Source of the DNA: Fidelibacterota bacterium | GTDB lineage: Bacteria > Fidelibacterota > Marinisomatia > Marinisomatales > JABMOV01 | Reading direction: 5' to 3' | DNA: 43,401 nt | Assembly: GCA_046861395.1 (NCBI GenBank) | Contig: JBHHUC010000012.1 | Coordinates: forward strand, 1-43,401 | Part shown: piece by piece, positions 36,909 through 43,401 of the stretch | How the letters are laid out: every line of letters starts with the position of its first letter | Position numbering within the stretch: the first letter of the stretch is position 1 | The notes under the pieces: generated by a model | What the model was told of the DNA's origin: nothing | The model's input: only the letters and a program-made list of their open reading frames with translations | Databases searched by the model: none | Translations under genes and position numbers: made by a program

Positions 36909-39469
36909 ATACTACCGAAGAATATTCCATTTGTGAGGATGGGTGCCGTGCCGTACCAGAAGGAACGGAAAAAGGGCGGATCCGTCATCAGAATCACATG
37001 ACCTTGTCCCAAGGTGCGAGCAATTAACGCTGCCGACCCGGCCAGCAACGTCTCATTGTCCCGGGAAATATAGCCGCTGTACAGTGGCTTTTTTTCATAG
37101 ATAAGAACATTTCCCGTCTGTGTTTTGGATGGTTTCAGGAAAAGTGTGGATTTCCGGAATAACAGAGTCGTGGACGGCAGACCAAAGACCAGAGGATGGG
37201 TGGTATCGGCGGTGGCACGGAAGATTGCTCCACCGATATAGCGAGCCCCGCGACGGGCATCCGCTTTATCATAGGCAATCTGGACCGTATCATTAGGGAT
37301 ATCGATTATTTCTTCAGCAATGAAATTCCGTTTAAGCAACTTTTTCACGCTGCCTTCCGTGGCAATAAGCGTTCCCCCTTTCCGTACCCAGGCTTTGATG
37401 ATTTGAACCTTATTTGAGTCCAGGTTGGAATACCAACCATGGGGCATAATGAGGGTTGTATAGGGTGTCAACTGGTCTGCTGATATCCGGGAAGTCTGCA
37501 ACAGAGCTAGCGGCATATCCATCTTCTTATTCAATAAATGCCAAATTTCACCTACCGAGTAAGATGAAGTTCCGTCTCCGGCCAACAGGGCGATGACCGG
37601 TGTGGTCAAGACAGCCATGTTGGGACTTCCCAGAGTTGGCCCGCTGGTGGAAAAGCCGGAATGAACCGGATAAATATTGACGCGATATTCCCGGCTGAGG
37701 TGGTCCATCATGTCATGAATCTGAGACGGGCTTCCGTCACGTTTTTTCACGGGAATGACAATACTGCCCCGCTGAAATGTATGCTCCGTTCCGTTGGCCA
37801 GGGGAATGGTAAATGGTTGTAATGCAACTCGGGCATAATGATCCGAACGGAGTATCTGATATAAAGCAGCGGGAGCCGTGAAACGGTCCCACGTTAGGAT
37901 ATAGGCATATTGGGCCGTATCATCCGGGGCTGAGAAGGGAATCGGGAGGTCTGAAATTCGTTCTCCCCGATGCCGATCCACCGCACGTGTCACCGGATCA
38001 GCCGATAGTCCAAAAGCAGCCGGGAAGGTCCAAGCCGAAACATCATAGAAAATGGAATCGGAAAATTCTGTCACTGTTTCCATGATGGCCTGCAGGAGTC
38101 GTCCCTGGGGTTGGTTGAGAGGAAGAAGCAGACTTTCCCCGGGCCGATATACCGTTTGTTTGACCGAGAGGGGTTTTATCAAATCATAGGCCCTGATCCG
38201 GTGATAATTCAATACATCAAGGAAGGCCTGAACTCGTAACGGATGTTTGGTCCGGTCCACGATCCAGGCTTTAACCGGTTGTGCCCGGACAAAAGCCGGG
38301 ATGGTTTGGTAGAAGTTCCGCTGATGTTGAAGAAGATCAAGCCGCAAAGACCGGGCGCCTTCCAGCGCTCCCAGGGATGTCAGGAATTGTTGCTGGATTG
38401 TTTTTTCATATGATAACGCACCAAAGTCGCTGTCGGTCAACAGGGAGCGGGAACTGGCTTGTTCGAACAGGATACCGACGGCGCCGTTGATGTCGGGATA
38501 TGTCGATCCTTTGCCATAATAAAAATCGTCGAAGCGTTCCCCGGTGTAATAGAGCCCGCCGGTGCGGTCCAGATTTTTGGCAAAGAAGGGTGCCAGACGT
38601 TTGGTGAGGGTAAATACATTTTCAGGGGAATGGGGATTATTCCGTGATGGAACGCCGGGTTGAAAGAAATACGTGGCATTGCGACCCATTTCGTGGACAT
38701 CCACAAGTAGTTGGGGCTGCCAGTCATGAAACAACTTAAGCCGGCCCTGGGTTTCGGGATGCTGGGCCAGGAGCCAGTCCCGGTTTAAATCATGAAGAAA
38801 ATGATTGGTTCGGCCCCGGGGCCAGGGTTGATTATGTTCCATATCCTGAATATCGCCTTCTTGTCCCGAGCTGCGGTAGGCGTTTACCCAGTTCACGAAC
38901 CGATCACGGCCGTCGGGATTAAGCATGGGGTCAATGATAATGACCATTTTCTGCAATAATGCTTGCGTTTCCGGTGACTGGTCGGCTGCCAGATGGTATA
39001 ACAGGAGCAGGGCCGCTTCCGTTCCGCTGGCCTCATCCCCATGAATCGAATAGGCCAGATATACAATCACCGGCATGGAATCGAGATCGGATCGGGTTAC
39101 GCTGGCAGGAGACCACATCAGTTCCAGATTATTGTGCTGGATGGCGGCCAGGTTTTTCATGTTTTCGGTGGACGTGACCACGGCATGAATCAGGGCCCGT
39201 CCTTCATGGCTGAAACTAGTCGTGTCCACGGTTACCCGCTCACTGACGGCATCCAGGGCAGTGAAATACTGAATCACCTGGTCCGTGCGGGTATGAACGG
39301 TCCCGACAGCATGTCCCACAATCTGACGAGGAGTGGGAATGCCGCTATCGTACTGTGCCGAGTCCACAAGAGACAGTTGTTGCAGGGCCGACGGCTGGGC
39401 TATCACCGATGGTCCGGCAAGAAAGGCAGCAATGAACGTAATGAATGTGAAACGAAGGGAATATATCAT
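36902..39469 (-). CDS. Secreted M14 zinc carboxypeptidase with a C-terminal GATase-like domain
   Basis: Signal peptide; SIHGDE, NPDGR, DLNRD, DVHEM. Confidence 0.88.
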   Translation of the reverse strand: MIYSLRFTFITFIAAFLAGPSVIAQPSALQQLSLVDSAQYDSGIPTPRQIVGHAVGTVHTRTDQVIQYFTALDAVSERVTVDTTSFSHEGRALIHAVVTSTENMKNLAAIQHNNLELMWSPASVTRSDLDSMPVIVYLAYSIHGDEASGTEAALLLLYHLAADQSPETQALLQKMVIIIDPMLNPDGRDRFVNWVNAYRSSGQEGDIQDMEHNQPWPRGRTNHFLHDLNRDWLLAQHPETQGRLKLFHDWQPQLLVDVHEMGRNATYFFQPGVPSRNNPHSPENVFTLTKRLAPFFAKNLDRTGGLYYTGERFDDFYYGKGSTYPDINGAVGILFEQASSRSLLTDSDFGALSYEKTIQQQFLTSLGALEGARSLRLDLLQHQRNFYQTIPAFVRAQPVKAWIVDRTKHPLRVQAFLDVLNYHRIRAYDLIKPLSVKQTVYRPGESLLLPLNQPQGRLLQAIMETVTEFSDSIFYDVSAWTFPAAFGLSADPVTRAVDRHRGERISDLPIPFSAPDDTAQYAYILTWDRFTAPAALYQILRSDHYARVALQPFTIPLANGTEHTFQRGSIVIPVKKRDGSPSQIHDMMDHLSREYRVNIYPVHSGFSTSGPTLGSPNMAVLTTPVIALLAGDGTSSYSVGEIWHLLNKKMDMPLALLQTSRISADQLTPYTTLIMPHGWYSNLDSNKVQIIKAWVRKGGTLIATEGSVKKLLKRNFIAEEIIDIPNDTVQIAYDKADARRGARYIGGAIFRATADTTHPLVFGLPSTTLLFRKSTLFLKPSKTQTGNVLIYEKKPLYSGYISRDNETLLAGSAALIARTLGQGHVILMTDPPFFRSFWYGTAPILTNGIFFGSIY

Positions 39470-39506
39470 ATGATAAGTTTGGTTATGGTTTGGAAAAAGT
39501 CGTTAG

Positions 39507-41774
39507 TCACGCGATAGGCAATTGTAATACAAAGGAATTGCCGGTGGGCTGGTTCGGTTCGACCCAGGCTTCCCCGCCGTGGGATTGGGCAATGCGTTTT
39601 ACGATAGCCAGTCCCAGTCCGCGGCCTTCTGTTTTTCCCAGTTGAAGATTTCTCACAAAGACCGCCTCCCGATTCTCCTCCAGTATGGTGGTGCCAAAAT
39701 CCCGGACATAGATAAAGATATTGTCATCTTTCGTTTCTGTGTCAATGACAATTTTTTTCCCGTGGGCGGCATATTTGATGGCATTGCTGATATAATTCTT
39801 AAAGACTTCTTCAATGATGGGATTGGCCAGAATTTTCTGCTCTGGATCAATATTGTTTTCAACCCGAATGTCATTTTGCTTCAGGGCTGTGGCAAAACCG
39901 TCCAGGATTTCCTGGACAATGACAAAAACTTCCAGTTCCTTTTTCTTGATGGATTCATCCATGGAGACTTTGGACAAGGTTGTGGCGTTGGTAATGACTT
40001 TCAGTAGGTTTTCGCTGCTGCTGCGAATCATTTTTATCATTTCATCATCGGGATATTCATTGCTGAGCATCTCGGTCACACCGCTAATGACGCCGGCCGG
40101 ATTCTTCAAATCATGGGTAATAATATCCAGCAACAGATCCTTCATCTGATTGGATTGCTCAAGCTTATTCGACAGCACGCGGTATTTTTCTTCGGAAGCC
40201 TGAAGAGCATCAGCATCCCGGCGTTTGATGATGGCGTAGGCAACCTGGTGCGATACATATTCCAGCACTGCCAGGTCATCCAGATCGTAACAGCTTTCAT
40301 CGGAATAACTTTGGACCGTAATCGTCCCGATGGGTTCATGTTCCAGTAGTAAAGGAACACCCAGGAACTGGACGGAAGGCGGACCGACAAGATCAATTTC
40401 GCCCTGCTGGGCCAGGGACCGGATTTCGTCCTCATTGATAAAGATGGGTTTCCGTGTTCGCAGAATATATTCCGTTAATCCGTGTCTCAGCGGTTGGGGA
40501 TCCGGTTTTTCATCTTTTTCGTCCACGAAATAGGGGAAAGACAGCAATTGCGTCTGGGCATCGTAGGTTGCAATGAAAAAGTTGGAAACGTCCATGATTT
40601 CGCCCAGGGTTGTATGGATATTGGTAAAGAGTTCTTCCAGACTGGTACTGCGGGTATAGGCATTGGTGATGTCATACAGGCCTTTCCGCATTTTTTCATG
40701 CCTTACCCGATCGGTGATATCACGGATAACACCGATAGCCAGCCATTTATTATGAACCTTGGCGGCAGACAGTGTGAGTTCGACGGGAAAAACAATTCCA
40801 TCCTTATGAAGGCCGGATAATGTCAAAAATTTGCCAAGGGCGCTTCCTGATCCGGTGAGAAAAAAATTATCCACTGCCATCTTGGCGGTATCACGATATT
40901 TTTCAGGCACAATCAAATCATGCAGAACTTTCCCCATCACTTCATCCGATTCATAGCCGAAAATTCGCTCCGCCGCCGGATTCCAGAAGGAAATGCAGGC
41001 CTCATCATCCATTCCGATAATGGCATCTCCAGCCGATTCGGTTACATTCCGGAATTTCTGTTCGCTTTCCTTCAATTCGGCCAGAACGGAATCGATATTC
41101 TCCGCCATGGTATTGAAGGCCCGTGCCAGATCCCCCACCTCATCATTGGGCTGGTGCTTGATTCTGATATCATGATTGCCTTCCGCCATTTTGGTGGCAG
41201 CAGTTTGCAATTCTTTGATGGGTAGCGTTACATAAGCACCCCCGAGATAGGCCAGGAGTACTCCCAGGATGAGAATGGTGAATCCGATGAGGAGGGCCAG
41301 GCTGGTGGAGCGCTCGATACGATGGTGCATAGGACTCAGGGAATACCCGATATATAGCAAACCATAATTATTCCCCTGAAATTTAATGGGAATGGAGCCA
41401 TGAAGAATTTCGTCCGATTCGTAAACGGAATAGTGACTGAGAATTTCCGCCGTGTCCAGCGGAGCATCGGAGTTGTCATAGCTAGCAAAAAGTTCACCGT
41501 CATCACCAAGGAGGAGGACATAGACAATACTAGTATCCTGTTCCAACCAATCAAAGGATTCCTTGATGGCATCATAGGAATTCAAACCCAGAGCAACGCC
41601 GGTACTCAGGGCGATCAATTCGGCGGTGCTGTTCAGCCGTTCCACCATGGCATCGTTGATTTGTTTTTTCTGCTGGGTAGGAAAGTAGAAAAAGGTAAAG
41701 GCAACGGTCAGGGAGACGGCCAGAAAAGTAATGCCAATAAACTTGGCCCGAATACTGATGCGGGGAAATATCAC
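39507..41774 (-). CDS. Membrane sensor histidine kinase (TM-periplasmic-TM-HAMP-PAS-GAF-HisKA-HATPase)
   Basis: HAMP DEVGDLARAFNTM; PAS WNPAAERIFGY; GAF FLGVPL; H-box THDLKNP; N-box NYISNAIKY; G2 GLGLAIV; GTG start overlapping the upstream stop. Confidence 0.92.
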   Translation of the reverse strand: MIFPRISIRAKFIGITFLAVSLTVAFTFFYFPTQQKKQINDAMVERLNSTAELIALSTGVALGLNSYDAIKESFDWLEQDTSIVYVLLLGDDGELFASYDNSDAPLDTAEILSHYSVYESDEILHGSIPIKFQGNNYGLLYIGYSLSPMHHRIERSTSLALLIGFTILILGVLLAYLGGAYVTLPIKELQTAATKMAEGNHDIRIKHQPNDEVGDLARAFNTMAENIDSVLAELKESEQKFRNVTESAGDAIIGMDDEACISFWNPAAERIFGYESDEVMGKVLHDLIVPEKYRDTAKMAVDNFFLTGSGSALGKFLTLSGLHKDGIVFPVELTLSAAKVHNKWLAIGVIRDITDRVRHEKMRKGLYDITNAYTRSTSLEELFTNIHTTLGEIMDVSNFFIATYDAQTQLLSFPYFVDEKDEKPDPQPLRHGLTEYILRTRKPIFINEDEIRSLAQQGEIDLVGPPSVQFLGVPLLLEHEPIGTITVQSYSDESCYDLDDLAVLEYVSHQVAYAIIKRRDADALQASEEKYRVLSNKLEQSNQMKDLLLDIITHDLKNPAGVISGVTEMLSNEYPDDEMIKMIRSSSENLLKVITNATTLSKVSMDESIKKKELEVFVIVQEILDGFATALKQNDIRVENNIDPEQKILANPIIEEVFKNYISNAIKYAAHGKKIVIDTETKDDNIFIYVRDFGTTILEENREAVFVRNLQLGKTEGRGLGLAIVKRIAQSHGGEAWVEPNQPTGNSFVLQLPIA

Positions 41775-42259
41775 GGCTGTTGCGTAAACAGTTTTGTGTC
41801 GGCAAACAAATAGTGTTCATGCGATACATTATGGCCGTCCACGGCAAGGAATTTCACGTTGATTGTCACATCTTCGTAAGGCAGGAAGGCGATGGCACCG
41901 CGATTAGCCAGAACAAATTCCTGTAGTTTCAGTGTATTGCTTATTTCCTCCGGCGGATTAGCCGTCCGTCCGGAAAATACGTAACGAATCCACTGTTTCT
42001 TCACTTTGATATATGATTTATTCAGCAGGATCTGGTAAAACCTGTCGGCCGTAGGATTGTGTTCCACCAGAACTACAGTAGTTCCGTCGGGGAATTGAGT
42101 GAGGCTGCCATTATAGAAATGTTCCAACTCTTCCCGGCTGATGGATTCAATCGGGTTGTCGGGATGTACAACGATTGCTATCTGTCCCAATGCCAATCCG
42201 GCGAGAGAGATGAGGACCAATATTCCCTGGCGCAGAGTAGAAGAAATAATTCTTACCAT
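41771..42259 (-). CDS. Small periplasmic binding-protein-like protein (single PstS-like lobe)
   Basis: Signal peptide; IAIVVHPDNPIESISREEL, W...VFSGR..PP, GAIAFL; start set to ATG 42259, 1 nt after the porin stop. Confidence 0.78.
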   Translation of the reverse strand: MVRIISSTLRQGILVLISLAGLALGQIAIVVHPDNPIESISREELEHFYNGSLTQFPDGTTVVLVEHNPTADRFYQILLNKSYIKVKKQWIRYVFSGRTANPPEEISNTLKLQEFVLANRGAIAFLPYEDVTINVKFLAVDGHNVSHEHYLFADTKLFTQQP

Positions 42260-42260
42260 T

Positions 42261-43313
42261 TCAGAAGGCCACCACCACGGAAGTGATGAATTCGGTGTAC
42301 CGTTTGTCTTCATAGCCGATGGATATGTCCGTTACTTCGAGTTTCCAGTAGACGGACGACGTCAAACTTATGTTGATACCGGTGGTAAAGGACTCATAGG
42401 GCAGGAGGATGCCTTTTGTGTCCGGATCAAAATGATCAAACCGCAGAAAGGGGACCCAAACGTCGCGGAGCGTATAACTGCCTTGAAAATAATAACCGAA
42501 ACCATCCTGATATTGATCGGTCGGCAGGGAATCTGCATCAATCATTTGTCCGTGGGTGAAGATTGTTTCCGCTTCCAGTTTGAAATTATTGAAATTGACT
42601 TCCCCGTCCAGTCCCCAGGATTGTTGTAGGGTGTTGAATGACATTCCGTCGCGATCGGAATAATAGGAAATGCCGTATATGTGGTTATAGCCCGGCGATG
42701 TCAGAATGACCCGGACGCCGGTTCCTTTATTAGGATTATTGTCATTTTCGGACGGTGCCGGACCACGACCATTGGTTATGTAGGCAAAATATTCCAGTCC
42801 CCAGTCGGAAATGTTAGTCAACCCGGAAATTTGGATACCGGTAAGCCATTTGGCAAACAGAATATCTTCACGGCCGGTGGAATTACGGTTTTTACCATAA
42901 AGGGCATGGGGTAGAAATGTGGATAGATAGGTGGGCGTGGCATCATAGGTCAGGCCGTATTTCCCGAAGGGAATGAGAATTTTTCCCATCTGCAGTCGCA
43001 CTCCCCGGGAATGGTTGTATTCCAACCAACCCTGAGCCAAATATATTTTTCCCGAGCCTACACCATTGGCTTCCAGACTGATTCCGTGTTCCCATTCAGT
43101 CTCTATAAAGAGACGGAAATGGTCATCCAGGTGATAAATTGATATCAGGTTTAAATGGTGTTGGTCAAAAGTCCAGATCTTGCCTTGTTGGTCCAGATTG
43201 TTCACCGATGCTTCCAAATCAAAATACCCGTAAACGTTTAGCGGTGTGGAAGCTTGAATGACTCCGAAAAGCAGGACGGTTATCAGACCAAGTCTGACGG
43301 AAGCCTTATTCAT
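42261..43313 (-). CDS. Outer-membrane porin-like beta-barrel protein
   Basis: Signal peptide; ETEWEHG, QGWLEY, GKILIPFG, DNNPNKGTGVR; terminal Phe (VVVAF); SD AGGGG. Confidence 0.8.
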   Translation of the reverse strand: MNKASVRLGLITVLLFGVIQASTPLNVYGYFDLEASVNNLDQQGKIWTFDQHHLNLISIYHLDDHFRLFIETEWEHGISLEANGVGSGKIYLAQGWLEYNHSRGVRLQMGKILIPFGKYGLTYDATPTYLSTFLPHALYGKNRNSTGREDILFAKWLTGIQISGLTNISDWGLEYFAYITNGRGPAPSENDNNPNKGTGVRVILTSPGYNHIYGISYYSDRDGMSFNTLQQSWGLDGEVNFNNFKLEAETIFTHGQMIDADSLPTDQYQDGFGYYFQGSYTLRDVWVPFLRFDHFDPDTKGILLPYESFTTGINISLTSSVYWKLEVTDISIGYEDKRYTEFITSVVVAF

Positions 43314-43401
43314 GATATCCCCTAATTCTATTCCAACGATAGTGCATCTAAGAATAAAAGTAGCTGTAATACGCAGAATGAAACAAATATTAATTTTCTT
43401 T

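Noticed and set aside
41771..42259. Annotation as a true PstS phosphate-transport component
   Set aside because: About half the length of PstS and no pstCAB/phoU nearby.

Overview
Gene-dense bacterial chromosomal window, probably from the FCB superphylum (Marinimicrobia/Ignavibacteria-like; inferred from gene content, not verified). It holds about 36 CDS: a nfeD-floA-yqfB-like membrane-microdomain operon; a minus-strand 2-oxoacid fermentation operon (VOR-type 2-oxoacid:ferredoxin oxidoreductase delta/alpha/beta/gamma, half-ferritin protein, buk, ptb and an uncharacterised 561-aa Rossmann protein); a rhomboid-cdd-udk-tdk-nupC-adk-coaE salvage operon; envelope and secreted proteins (M23 peptidase, PDZ protein, beta-barrel, four-LTD protein); arsC; an ABC/LolA-like/membrane SpeE-like/SDR operon; mtaB; an ABC-F ATPase; gcvP; a REC-GGDEF cyclase; an M14 peptidase; and a porin/binding-protein/histidine-kinase cassette. 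No rRNA, tRNA, CRISPR array, transposase or phage gene was recognised. Most notable: (1) buk has no canonical start codon before its conserved N-terminal motif and is in frame with the upstream ferritin-like gene across a single TGA; (2) the orphan Rossmann protein has no YxxxK motif and sits where an amino-acid dehydrogenase might be expected; (3) a ~264-bp degenerate tandem array of REP-like hairpin doublets at 23.25-23.83 kb, with compensatory stem changes and two nested palindromic insertions; (4) a SpeE-fold membrane enzyme lacking the aminopropyltransferase aspartates, inside an export operon.
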